Assembly: GCA_046313635.1 (NCBI GenBank)
Contig: JBKBYA010000002.1
Coordinates: 288,001-352,000 of the forward strand
Length of the DNA stretch: 64,000 nucleotides
Direction: 5' to 3'
Origin: Pyrinomonadaceae bacterium
GTDB taxonomy: Bacteria; Acidobacteriota; Blastocatellia; Pyrinomonadales; Pyrinomonadaceae
Under the pieces are notes generated by a model. That model saw only the letters and a program-made list of their open reading frames with translations. It did not search any database and was not told the DNA's origin. Both the position numbers and the translations under genes were made by a program. Position 1 is the stretch's first letter. Every line of letters starts with the position of its first letter. This document shows, piece after piece, positions 8,556 to 18,115 of the stretch.

Positions 8556-10484
8556 TCAATTTCCAGAGCCGTTGGGAGTCAGGTACGTGTAGGCCTCGGT
8601 CTGATCCTCGTAAAACTCTATCAACTGGCTTCCTTCCTTTGTCGAGAGCTCGCCGCTGTTGATCCTCCGCATCACTGCCCGCCGGAAGTTGTCGTGGAGC
8701 TGCGCCGTTTCGAACCGAACCGATCCGACCGCCTCGCCGAGCGTGGTGCCGTACAGCACCTTCTTGATGATGTGGCCGTCCTCGCCAATATGAATGTGGG
8801 CCTCGTTCGGTACACCAAAGAGGTTGTGGTTGTTGCCCATCACCTCCTGGTAGGCGCCGACGAGCATCATGGCGATGTAATAAGGCTCGTTGGCCTCGAG
8901 CTTGTGCAGCTCGAGGACCTGCTTCACATCGTGGAGGTCGACAAACTTGTCCACGATACCGTCCGAGTCGCAGGTGATATCACACAGCGTAGCATATTCG
9001 GTCGGCTTTTTGTTGAGCTTATGTATTGGAATGATTGGAAATAACTGTTCCAGTGCCCAGTTGTCGGGGAGCGAGCGGAAGACAGAGAAATTTGCGAGGT
9101 ACTTGGCGCAAAGCAGCCGTCTCAACTCGTCAAATTCCTCGGCAACATACTTCTTTTGCTGCGCATACTGATCGGCCCGCTCGCAAACGTCCCAAAAAAA
9201 GACCTCGCCCTTTCCTTTGTCCTCGAGCGAGATCAGCCCGAGATTGAACATCGTAAACAGGTCCTCGCGCGCCTCAAGGGCGTCGTGATAGTACTCGCGA
9301 TAATTCTTGGCCGTGATCGTCTCGCGCAGGTCGTAAAGCTCGCGCACGACGGGCGGATCATCCTTTTCGACCGTCAGCGGAGTGATGTCCTCGACAACGG
9401 TCTCGATCTCGTCCTGGATGTTCGTGACAATGACGGCGTGATAGGCCGCGAGATAGCGGCCCGATTCTTGGATGATCGTCGGGTGCGGGACGTTCTCGTC
9501 GTCGCAGACCGTCTTTATGACGTAAATTACGTCGTTCGCAAACTCCTGCGCGTTGTAGTTGGCCGAGGATTCGAACGAAGTTCGCGAACCGTCGTAATCG
9601 ACGGCCATTCCGCCGCCGACATCGAGATATTCGATCGGGATGCCCATCTGGCGGATCTTCGCGTAGGTCCGCGCTGCCTCTTTCATCGCGTTCTTGATCC
9701 GCTTTATGTCGGTCAGCTGCGAGCCGATGTGAAAGTGCAGCAGCTTGAGCATGTCGACGCGGCCGGCATCCTGAAACTGCCGTATCACGTCTAGGATCTC
9801 GGTCGTCGTCAGGCCGAATTTGGCCGCTTCGCCGCCGGACTTTTCCCACTTGCCCGAGCCTTTCGAATAAAGCTTGACTCGTACGCCGACCATCGGCAGG
9901 GAAGCGTTAGGATTTTCGCTGGTGATCTCGTCGGCGAGAGCGAGCGTGTGCGTGAGCTCGCTCATCTTTTCAATGACGATAACGACGTTTTTTCCGGCGC
10001 CGGCGCCGGCAAACGCGAGCCGGATAAAATCGCGGTCCTTGAATCCGTTGAGCACAAGGAGGCTGTCTTTGGCCTGCTCGAGCCCGAGCGCGGCGTAGAG
10101 CTCGGCCTTTGAGCCCGCCTCGAGACCGAAGTTGTATCGCGAGCCCTCGCGCAGGTACTCCTCGATCACGGCCCGATTCTGGTTCACCTTCATCGGATAA
10201 ACGCAGAGATGGCCGCCATCGTATTCAAACTCCTTGATAGCTCGGCGAAAAGCGCTCTGGAGTTTTCGGATCTGCCCGAACAATAGCTGAGGGAAGCGAA
10301 GAAGGACCGGAGTCGTCACACCTCGGCGTTTGAGGTCCTCGATGATCTCGCGGACGTCAGCCGAAAGCTTCTCGTCGTCAGGTGAGTAAACGACTAAATT
10401 GCCTTTTCGATTGACTCCAAAATATCCAGCCCCCCAATTCTCAATTCCGTAGGTTTCGATGGTCTTTTCGGTGATCGCGCTCAA
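8556..10484 (-). CDS. speA: Biosynthetic arginine decarboxylase
   Basis: YPMKVNQ (PLP lysine), EAGSKAEL, HFHIGSQ, DVGGG, DITCDSDG, GAYQEVMGNNHNLFG. Confidence 0.96.
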   Translation of the reverse strand: MSAITEKTIETYGIENWGAGYFGVNRKGNLVVYSPDDEKLSADVREIIEDLKRRGVTTPVLLRFPQLLFGQIRKLQSAFRRAIKEFEYDGGHLCVYPMKVNQNRAVIEEYLREGSRYNFGLEAGSKAELYAALGLEQAKDSLLVLNGFKDRDFIRLAFAGAGAGKNVVIVIEKMSELTHTLALADEITSENPNASLPMVGVRVKLYSKGSGKWEKSGGEAAKFGLTTTEILDVIRQFQDAGRVDMLKLLHFHIGSQLTDIKRIKNAMKEAARTYAKIRQMGIPIEYLDVGGGMAVDYDGSRTSFESSANYNAQEFANDVIYVIKTVCDDENVPHPTIIQESGRYLAAYHAVIVTNIQDEIETVVEDITPLTVEKDDPPVVRELYDLRETITAKNYREYYHDALEAREDLFTMFNLGLISLEDKGKGEVFFWDVCERADQYAQQKKYVAEEFDELRRLLCAKYLANFSVFRSLPDNWALEQLFPIIPIHKLNKKPTEYATLCDITCDSDGIVDKFVDLHDVKQVLELHKLEANEPYYIAMMLVGAYQEVMGNNHNLFGVPNEAHIHIGEDGHIIKKVLYGTTLGEAVGSVRFETAQLHDNFRRAVMRRINSGELSTKEGSQLIEFYEDQTEAYTYLTPNGSGN

Positions 10485-10619
10485 TTAAACATACTCCCAC
10501 TGTGAACCCGGCGCAGCGGGGCCGGCGATAAATAAAAACAAGAGCTTAGTAAAAATCTAACAGAATTCAAAATCCTTAACAACAGACTGCTCTTTACGCG
10601 CCGACCGACCCGGGACAAG

Positions 10620-10635
10620 TGGCATAAGCGTTGCA
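10620..10635 (+). promoter_or_regulatory. Sigma54 (-24/-12) promoter candidate for the pilin-like gene
   Basis: TGGCAT-AAGCG-TTGCA matches TGGCAC-N5-TTGCW. Confidence 0.6.
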
Positions 10636-10801
10636 CAATTCGGCACGGCGAGGTGTTGCGGCGAGCTGCCGCCGCCAGATTTCTGGTTGTTTTTTGATGT
10701 TGCTGTCGGCGGCGGCAGAAAAAACAGGCAAGTAATTGTCAAAAGCTGGTTACAAAAATTGTCAATTTGCCGCGATCGATCGTCACATCAAGTTCAAGGA
10801 T

Positions 10802-11221
10802 ATGAAAAGCAACAATGAAGGCGGCTTTTCACTTGTCGAGCTGCTGGTCGTCGTCGTGGTCATCGGCATCATCGCGTCGCTGGCGATACCCGGGCTGCGC
10901 AAGGGCATCCGGGCGGCGGAGAATGGGGCGATCTTTGCGACGCTGCGGACGATCGGGTCGACACAGGTCAGCTTTTATTCGCAGAACAATCGCTTTGGTC
11001 GGTTGGTCGAGCTGAACAATATCAGCGGGCGAGGCCTTGGGGTTCCTGCCGGCTCGCAGCTCCTGCGCAACCGGTTTGTGCTTGAAATGGTCCCTGCCGC
11101 CCCTACCGATGACGAGCTACGCGACGGTTATACGATCACAGCGACAAGCGACGCCGTCGATATGAATGTTTACAAGTACGAGATCACGCAGACGGGCGAG
11201 ATCCGGCAGATCCTGCCCTAA
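10802..11221 (+). CDS. Type IV pilin / pseudopilin-like protein with N-terminal methylation site
   Basis: MKSNNEGG|FSLVELLVVVVVIGIIASLAIP class III signal peptide. Confidence 0.88.
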   Translation: MKSNNEGGFSLVELLVVVVVIGIIASLAIPGLRKGIRAAENGAIFATLRTIGSTQVSFYSQNNRFGRLVELNNISGRGLGVPAGSQLLRNRFVLEMVPAAPTDDELRDGYTITATSDAVDMNVYKYEITQTGEIRQILP

Positions 11222-11256
11222 GCCCTTTGAAGCATCTTCCACTATAGGACCAAGCA

Positions 11257-12831
11257 ATGAACGTTTTTGAGGATCTTATCGTCGAGCTGAAAGAGCAGAA
11301 TCTCCTTGAGGAGACCGTTCTGGATCTTAACGAGGTACCGCTGCTGAGAGCCGAGTTTGAGCTGGTCGACGACGAGATCGAACGCGGCGACGGCCCTTAC
11401 CCCGCAGCGGCAGGCAACGGCTTTGCGAGCGACCATTCCGCCTTTCAGGCTCCGCCAAAAGCGGACGCGATGAAAAAGCGCGTCAGCGAGCAGATGGCCG
11501 CGCTCCAGATGGTCGATCATGTGCTGATGGCGGTCGAGCGCGGGTTTCTTGAGCTCGAACCGGAGATCTTTGACGACCTGCCGGCCAAGAAGGCCCTGCA
11601 TAAATACTCGCAGGCGGCGCGAGACCCGGAGTCGAACGAATACTTTGAAGCCGAGTCAAAACTGCTTCTGGAGATCGAGGCCTGGATGCTGGCCCTGAAC
11701 GCGCGCGACCGCGAGGTGCCCGTCGCGGCGTTGAGACGATATTGCGAGACGACCCATCCGCCGTTAAGCCCGCAGGCGCTGTTTGCTCTTGCCCGTTTTT
11801 ATCGCGGCAGCGAGCCGGTGGAGCAGACGATCCGTAAGTTCGATTTCATCGTTAGCCGCCTCTTCTCCAAGAACGGCGAGGACGGCATGCGCGCGATGAT
11901 CTGCTCGCGAGAGGACGCGATCGGGCACTTGAAAAAGCGGTATGCCGACTGGGCCGTCGTGCCGTCGTCGCCGGCCTCGGACAACGGCTCGGAGGCCGCG
12001 CTGGCGGTGCTCGCCTTCGACGATATCGCCGCCGAGGCGGCGTCAGCCTCGACGCTCGACGACCTGGTCGGCGCCGATCTCTTCGAGCGTCTTCTCAGGG
12101 CCAAGGTAGAACTTGGCGAAACGTACTTTTCGCCGTCGGTGGTCGCCGCGGCAATTGAATGCAACATCGCGGTCGCCAATCGTTTGACCGAGATGCTGAC
12201 CGCCGAAAGCGCCGCTTTGGGCGGACCCGAGGCCGTCGTCAAGAAATATTCCGGGATCGACCAAATGCTGATCTCTGACGCTGTCGGCCGGACCTTTTCG
12301 CTACAGGCGGCATTGAACTGCGACGCCGTCGCTGAAACGTTCAATATCGTCGACGACGCGGTCCGTCCGGCAGCCGACGGGGGCAATCTTAGATCTCACT
12401 CCCGGCCCAGACCTTTCAGGCCGCACTCTAACTCTCGCCAGGCCAGGACAAAGATCTTCGGCATCAGCCGCTGGCTCTTTGTCGTGTGCCTAATCGCGGT
12501 GATCGCGAGCGCCTCGATCTACGTCTGGGGCGAGTACTTTGCGGGCAGCGAGGTCGAGACCGCCTCGGTGCGGTCGATCGACCTTGGCGATCCGAGTATT
12601 AGCGAGCACGTCAAATCGACCAAGCTCAGCGGCGATATCTTGTATGGCGTCGTTGCCCCGTCATTCGAGGCCCTGCCGAGGGACCGGCGAGAGGCGTTTT
12701 TAAGGCGTCTCCAGGCGATGGGAGCCGATAAGGGCTACACGCGTGTCTCGCTCTCTAATCTCGAAGGCCGAACGATCGCATTCGCCTCGCGCGAAAGGAT
12801 ACAGTTGACCGAGGACCTCATGCTTCCTTAG
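11257..12831 (+). CDS. Hypothetical protein (helical, one C-terminal TM segment)
   Basis: 524-aa ORF with AGGA RBS, coding-like composition, TM WLFVVCLIAVIASASIYVWG. Confidence 0.75.
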   Translation: MNVFEDLIVELKEQNLLEETVLDLNEVPLLRAEFELVDDEIERGDGPYPAAAGNGFASDHSAFQAPPKADAMKKRVSEQMAALQMVDHVLMAVERGFLELEPEIFDDLPAKKALHKYSQAARDPESNEYFEAESKLLLEIEAWMLALNARDREVPVAALRRYCETTHPPLSPQALFALARFYRGSEPVEQTIRKFDFIVSRLFSKNGEDGMRAMICSREDAIGHLKKRYADWAVVPSSPASDNGSEAALAVLAFDDIAAEAASASTLDDLVGADLFERLLRAKVELGETYFSPSVVAAAIECNIAVANRLTEMLTAESAALGGPEAVVKKYSGIDQMLISDAVGRTFSLQAALNCDAVAETFNIVDDAVRPAADGGNLRSHSRPRPFRPHSNSRQARTKIFGISRWLFVVCLIAVIASASIYVWGEYFAGSEVETASVRSIDLGDPSISEHVKSTKLSGDILYGVVAPSFEALPRDRREAFLRRLQAMGADKGYTRVSLSNLEGRTIAFASRERIQLTEDLMLP

Positions 12832-12857
12832 TCCCTGGTCTTTTCAAGACCCGACCC

Positions 12858-12886
12858 GGAGGCCGCACGCGGCCTCCATTTTTTTT
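12858..12886 (+). terminator. Intrinsic terminator
   Basis: GGAGGCCGC-AC-GCGGCCTCC then a T-run. Confidence 0.85.
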
Positions 12887-13047
12887 CTGCGAAGGCGGAT
12901 CGGCGGGCAGCGAGCGGCGCCGAAAGATCAAATTAGGGCCTCGCGTTTTGCACTTTTATTTCGCTGGTGTAGAATCTCGTCTTTAAAAAATTCGACAGTA
13001 TTTGACCGGCCCCCCGCCAACGACTCGAATTAACTCCAGGAGCAATA

Positions 13048-14469
13048 ATGAACGCCAAAAATGTTTTGACCTTTGCCGCCGATCAGGGGGCTAAGTATCT
13101 CTCCGTGCGCTTTACGGACCTTCCCGGATCGTGGCATCACCTTACGTATCCGATCGAGCAGCTTTCCGAGGACAGCTTTGAGGACGGCTTCGGATTTGAT
13201 GCGTCGAGCCTGCGCGGCTGGGCGGCGATCAACGAGTCCGATATGCTCTTGATCCCCGACCCGTCACGGTTCTGGATTGACCCGTTCTCCGAAGAGACGA
13301 CGCTGTGCCTGATCGCGAATGTCGTCGACCCGATGACCAAAGAAGGTTACGGACTCGACCCTCGGTCGGTGGCCGTGCGGGCCGAGAGCTATCTGAAGTT
13401 TACGGGCCTCGCAGACACGGTATTTTTCGGACCCGAGGCCGAGTTCTTCATCTTTGACGAAGCTCGCTTTCACAACACACAGAATTCCGCAGGGTACTTT
13501 TTGGACTCGGAAGAAGGTCATTGGAACTCGGGCCGCGCGGGCGGTCTCGAGAATCCGAATTACGGCTATCACATTCGCGCAAAAGAAGGCTACGTGCCGG
13601 TCGCGCCGATGGACACGCTGATCGACCTCCGCAATACGATCTCCGCCGTCCTCGGCGAGGTCGGCATCTCGGTCGAGTGCCATCACCACGAGGTCGCGAC
13701 GGCCGGGCAGTGCGAGATCGATTTTCGATTCTCGAATCTGCTCCACACGGCCGACAACCTGATGCTCTTCAAGTACGTCGTGAAGAACACCGCGTGGGCC
13801 AACGGCAAGTCGGCGACCTTTATGCCCAAGCCGCTCTACGGCGACAACGGCTCGGGAATGCACTGTCACCAGTCGCTTTGGAAGGACGGTCAGCCGCTCT
13901 TTGCCGGCGACCAGTATGCCGGACTCTCGGAGATGGCAAAGTTTTACATCGGCGGTCTGCTCAAGCACGCGCCGGCTATCGTCGCATTCGCGGCGCCGAC
14001 GACCAACAGCTACAAGCGGCTTGTTCCGGGCTTCGAGGCGCCGGTCAATCTCGCGTATTCAGCCCGCAACCGCTCGGCGGCAGTACGGATACCGATGTTC
14101 TCGCAGTCGCCCAAGGCCAAGCGTCTCGAGTTCCGTCCGCCGGACCCGTCGTGCAATCCGTACATCGCATTCGCCGCGATGCTGATGGCCGGGCTGGACG
14201 GCATCCAGAACCGCATCGACCCGGGCGAGCCGCTCGATAAGGATATTTACGACCTTCCGCCGGAGGAATTGGCCAACGTCCCGTCGCTGCCGGGCTCGCT
14301 CGACGAGGCTCTCAAGGCTCTCGAGGCCGATAACGAATTCTTGCTCAAGGGCGACGTCTTTACGACCGAACTGATCGACCGCTGGATCGCTTATAAGCGG
14401 AAGAACGAGGTCGACCCGCTGCGGCTCCGTCCGCATCCGATGGAGTTCTCGATGTATTACGACATCTAA
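13048..14469 (+). CDS. glnA: Glutamine synthetase type I
   Basis: [59 protein letters not shown], adenylylation-site DKDIYDL. Confidence 0.98.
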   Translation: MNAKNVLTFAADQGAKYLSVRFTDLPGSWHHLTYPIEQLSEDSFEDGFGFDASSLRGWAAINESDMLLIPDPSRFWIDPFSEETTLCLIANVVDPMTKEGYGLDPRSVAVRAESYLKFTGLADTVFFGPEAEFFIFDEARFHNTQNSAGYFLDSEEGHWNSGRAGGLENPNYGYHIRAKEGYVPVAPMDTLIDLRNTISAVLGEVGISVECHHHEVATAGQCEIDFRFSNLLHTADNLMLFKYVVKNTAWANGKSATFMPKPLYGDNGSGMHCHQSLWKDGQPLFAGDQYAGLSEMAKFYIGGLLKHAPAIVAFAAPTTNSYKRLVPGFEAPVNLAYSARNRSAAVRIPMFSQSPKAKRLEFRPPDPSCNPYIAFAAMLMAGLDGIQNRIDPGEPLDKDIYDLPPEELANVPSLPGSLDEALKALEADNEFLLKGDVFTTELIDRWIAYKRKNEVDPLRLRPHPMEFSMYYDI

Positions 14470-14488
14470 CGCCTCGACCCGAACGAGC

Positions 14489-14535
14489 GAAATGCGTGGG
14501 CCGGCCCCGACGGGTTTGCTCACGCATTTCTTATT
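14489..14535 (+). terminator. Hairpin / terminator after glnA
   Basis: GAAATGCGTGGGC ... GCTCACGCATTTC stem followed by TTATT. Confidence 0.6.
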
Positions 14536-14588
14536 CAATAGAATTTTTACGTCACATATTCCGAACCGATCATCTGGAGATCTGAACA

Positions 14589-15140
14589 ATGAAGCAATTC
14601 GCACCTCTCGCATTGGGGCTCTGCGCCGCTCTCTCGACGTCTTGCGGCTCGCAGCCGGCCGCCGGCCCGGCAAACTCGTCGAACGCGTCCAACCAGGCCG
14701 CGATCCAAACGATCGATACCAGCAACGTCCAGGTACAGACGCCGACCGAGATGCAAAACTCCAACGCCGCAAACCCCTTGCGTTCGGCACAGAATCCGAC
14801 GCTGTTGGACCAGCCGGCAAAGCCGCCGACCTACCCCGCGCCGGACAATTCGGAATACTCGCCGACGATGAACAAGGACGGGCTCCCGGTGGAGACCAGG
14901 ACCTTCAAGAGCCACCCGCAGATCGTCAAGGCGGTCAGGTCATGGCTCAACACCAAGGATAAAAAGGTCGAGATCTTTCTCAAGAACGGCAAGGTCGTCA
15001 ACGTGCCGGCCGAGAAGCTCGAGAATTTCAATTCTCTGCCGGTGACCGCATTTGAGGAGGCGGCCGGCATCAAGGCGGCGCCGCAGTCCGGCGGGCGGCC
15101 GGCAGAACCCGGCAAGACCGAAACAAAGAAGCAGAACTGA
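14589..15140 (+). CDS. Hypothetical lipoprotein
   Basis: Signal peptide ending LSTSC, Asn/Pro-rich linker, GGAGA RBS. Confidence 0.75.
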   Translation: MKQFAPLALGLCAALSTSCGSQPAAGPANSSNASNQAAIQTIDTSNVQVQTPTEMQNSNAANPLRSAQNPTLLDQPAKPPTYPAPDNSEYSPTMNKDGLPVETRTFKSHPQIVKAVRSWLNTKDKKVEIFLKNGKVVNVPAEKLENFNSLPVTAFEEAAGIKAAPQSGGRPAEPGKTETKKQN

Positions 15141-15169
15141 ACCTCCGCTGGTCTATAATCTAAGCCGGT

Positions 15170-15457
15170 ATGGAAAGATTCAGCATCATTTGTCCGTGCT
15201 GCGAGGCGACACTCTCGATCGATGCGCAGACCGGGGCCTTGATCTCGCATCAGGAAAAGAAAAAGGCCCTCGGCTCATTTGAGGATCTGGCAAACGAGCT
15301 GACCAAGCAAAAGGAGCTCCGCGAGCAGATCTTTTCGCAAGAGATGTCGTCGATAAAGGATCGCGAACGCCTGCTCGAGGAAAAATTCAAAGAGGCCCTC
15401 AAACGCGCCGAGAACGATGCGGACACGCCGTATCGCAATCCTCTCGATCTGGACTGA
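15170..15457 (+). CDS. Small hypothetical protein (CPCC zinc-knuckle plus coiled coil)
   Basis: ICPCCEATLSID N-terminus, charged helical C-terminus, coupled to pyrF. Confidence 0.75.
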   Translation: MERFSIICPCCEATLSIDAQTGALISHQEKKKALGSFEDLANELTKQKELREQIFSQEMSSIKDRERLLEEKFKEALKRAENDADTPYRNPLDLD

Positions 15458-15466
15458 TCACATCGA

Positions 15467-16231
15467 ATGACGAGTACCGGGATCGAGATAAACCAATCGC
15501 CGCGGAGCGACCCGAGAGAGAGGATCATCGTCGCTCTCGACGTCGACGATACGAGTGCTGCCGACCGCCTTGTTGAGCAGCTGGCCGGGCGTACCGGAGC
15601 GTTCAAGGTCGGGCTGCAGCTCTTCACGAATGCGGGCCCGGGCTACGTTCGCGAGCTGAGCGGCCGCGGGCTCAACGTCTTTCTCGATCTGAAATACCAC
15701 GACATTCCCAACACGGTCGCAGGCGCCGTCGTCGAGGCCGCGAAGCTCGGCGTCTGGATGGTAAACGTCCATGCGCTCGGCGGAGGCGAGATGATGCGTC
15801 GGGCCGCTGCCGAACTGCGCGAGCATTGCGAGAGAACCGGGCAAAGAGCTCCCATCTTGATCGGCGTCACGGTGCTCACGAGCTCCGACGATGCCGCGCT
15901 GCGTGAGGTCGGGATCGGGGCGAGGGCCGAGGACGAGGTCTTGACGCTTGCCGCACTCGCGCGGCGTTCGGGGCTCGACGGTGTGGTCGCCTCGCCGAGA
16001 GAGGCGGCGGCCATCCGTTCGACGATCTCGGACGGGGATCTCGTCATCGTAACGCCGGGCGTGAGGCCGCCGAGCTCCGCATCCGACGATCAAAAGCGTG
16101 TGAGCACTCCGGCCGAGGCGATCAGGTCGGGCGCCGATTATTTGGTCATCGGCAGGCCGATCACCGCATCAAACGATCCGGCGGCGGCGTTGGAGGCGAT
16201 CGTCGGCGACCTCGGTGAATTATCGAAATGA
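15467..16231 (+). CDS. pyrF: Orotidine-5'-phosphate decarboxylase
   Basis: IVALD, FKVG, DLKYHDIPNTV, VTVLTS, VTPGVRP, DDQKR, VIGRPI. Confidence 0.97.
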   Translation: MTSTGIEINQSPRSDPRERIIVALDVDDTSAADRLVEQLAGRTGAFKVGLQLFTNAGPGYVRELSGRGLNVFLDLKYHDIPNTVAGAVVEAAKLGVWMVNVHALGGGEMMRRAAAELREHCERTGQRAPILIGVTVLTSSDDAALREVGIGARAEDEVLTLAALARRSGLDGVVASPREAAAIRSTISDGDLVIVTPGVRPPSSASDDQKRVSTPAEAIRSGADYLVIGRPITASNDPAAALEAIVGDLGELSK

Positions 16232-17748
16232 CCTCGACAGAATCCAATACCATTCGCACGGCCCGGCTGATCGCGGCATTCTCGATCCTCCTCTGCTGTC
16301 TTGCTCTCGCGTTGTCGGCAAGTGCCCAGTCGAGCCTGAACGGCATCCCGTCGTCGACCGTCCGGATCGGCGAACGCCTGTCGTACGGAGTGACGTTTGA
16401 GCGGTACCGCGACATCGCCTTTGCCGAGACGTACGTCGTCTCGAGGGGGCGGCTTGCCGACCGCGACGCGATCGAGCTGCGTTCGCGTGTCAAGACCCTA
16501 GATCTCTTGAGTGCCGCATTCTACTCGATAGACGAAACGCGGACGACCTACATCGCGGCAGAGTCGGGCGTCCCGCTTTTCGTTCGACGCGTCGATAACT
16601 CGGGCGTGCAGGCGCTGGAGTCCACGAGCAGCTATCTCTCGGCGACGGCGCCCGGGCACGACCTGCTTTCGCTGCTGTTCAGGATCCGGGCGGCCGGCGG
16701 CGCGGGCACATTCGTACTAGTCGAGAACGATCGCACTTATCCGGTCACGACACAGATCAACGGCACCGAACGCGTAAAGACCGATGCCGGCGAATTCGAC
16801 ACCAGTGCCGTCACGGTACAGAGCGAATACCTGACCGAGCTCGGCATTCAGGGCCTGCGGATAAATCTCTCGAATGACGAGGCCCGCTTGCCGGTGCGGT
16901 TCGCTTTCCGTACGTCGAAAGGCCAGTTCGTCGTTACGCTGTCCGGCCTGCAGATGCTGACGGCGCCGACCGAGACGGCTCCCGAGCCGACACCGCTGCC
17001 GACGCCTTTGCCGAGACCGGCCGAGACGCCGCGTCCCGCTGCGACGCCGCGGCCGTATGTCGATAATCAGCCGCTCGATCCCGAGGTCGGATTTGCCCTG
17101 GGCGAACGTCTCGTGTATCGCGTCACGACGGCGGGCCGCCTGATCGCCGAGTTTCAGATGCACGCCAAGGAAAGGAAGCTTTTTGCCGGGCAGGACAGTC
17201 TTTTGCTCGAGGGCGTTGTGATATCGGCCGCAGCCGGCAACGGCACGCTTGCGGTCGGCGATCGGATAGCCGCGCAGGTCGACCCCGAAACTCTCGCCCC
17301 GCGCCAATTCGAGATGCGGTTTGCCAACGGGCTCGTGCAGTCGGCTCTATTCGACCAGCGGACGGGCACCGTGACGCTTGATGGGGCAGGGAAGATCGAC
17401 GGCCCCGTGGGAACGCACAGCATCCTCTCGCTGCTCTACGCGCTGCGCTCATTCAACCTCAAGCCGCGCCACGATCTTAACAATCCTGGAAACGATATTC
17501 GCGTCGCGGTCTTTTGGCGTTCGAAAGCGAGCACCTTTGTCCTGCGTCCCGCCGTTCCCGAAACGATCGAGATCAACGGGCAAAAGGTCGCGGCGCAGCT
17601 GGTCACCGTCAACACCGGCGATGCCGAGCTCGACCCGCTCGCGCCGCGGGTTTGGCTCAGCGTCGACGAGCGTCGCGTGCCGCTCCGGATCGTCATCGGT
17701 CCCTATCAGCTCGATCTTGCCGCCGCAGAAAAAACAGTCAAGCCATAA
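16228..17748 (+). CDS. Secreted protein with two DUF3108-like repeats
   Basis: Signal peptide. Two GERLxY...W/NLSxDExRxPxR domains separated by a PT-rich linker. Confidence 0.7.
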   Translation: MTSTESNTIRTARLIAAFSILLCCLALALSASAQSSLNGIPSSTVRIGERLSYGVTFERYRDIAFAETYVVSRGRLADRDAIELRSRVKTLDLLSAAFYSIDETRTTYIAAESGVPLFVRRVDNSGVQALESTSSYLSATAPGHDLLSLLFRIRAAGGAGTFVLVENDRTYPVTTQINGTERVKTDAGEFDTSAVTVQSEYLTELGIQGLRINLSNDEARLPVRFAFRTSKGQFVVTLSGLQMLTAPTETAPEPTPLPTPLPRPAETPRPAATPRPYVDNQPLDPEVGFALGERLVYRVTTAGRLIAEFQMHAKERKLFAGQDSLLLEGVVISAAAGNGTLAVGDRIAAQVDPETLAPRQFEMRFANGLVQSALFDQRTGTVTLDGAGKIDGPVGTHSILSLLYALRSFNLKPRHDLNNPGNDIRVAVFWRSKASTFVLRPAVPETIEINGQKVAAQLVTVNTGDAELDPLAPRVWLSVDERRVPLRIVIGPYQLDLAAAEKTVKP

Positions 17749-17802
17749 CGCCGCCGGGCCGCGCAGTTGCAGGTCCTGATCCGCCGCCCGCGGCCAGATG
17801 AA

Positions 17803-17821
17803 ATTGAAATCGGTTTTCAAC
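17803..17821 (+). promoter_or_regulatory. Fur-box-like palindrome upstream of feoA
   Basis: ATTGAAATCGGTTTTCAAC (TTGAAA-N5-TTTCAA inverted repeat) about 30 nt before feoA. Confidence 0.6.
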
Positions 17822-17851
17822 TAGAGTAGACTGTCGTTGGAGATTCGGCCC

Positions 17852-18106
17852 ATGTCTGTACCTTCAAAAGAGATCTCTGAGGTCAAAACACTTACGTCCC
17901 TGATGCCGGGCGACGCGGCTCGCGTGATCTCTATCCGCGAGAGCGGCCGCATCAGCCGCCGCCTGATGGAAATGGGAGTGATCCCGGGCGTGACCGTGCA
18001 GGTCGTCAAATCCGCTCCTTTCGGCGATCCGATCGAGGTCCGCGTTCGCGGCTACAGCCTCGCGATGCGGCGCTCTGAGGCCGACGCGATAGAGGTGGCC
18101 GGCTGA
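17852..18106 (+). CDS. feoA: Ferrous iron transport protein A
   Basis: RRLMEMGVIPG...APFGDPIEVRVRGYSLAMRRSEA. Confidence 0.95.
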   Translation: MSVPSKEISEVKTLTSLMPGDAARVISIRESGRISRRLMEMGVIPGVTVQVVKSAPFGDPIEVRVRGYSLAMRRSEADAIEVAG

Positions 18107-18115
18107 CTTCGGGCG

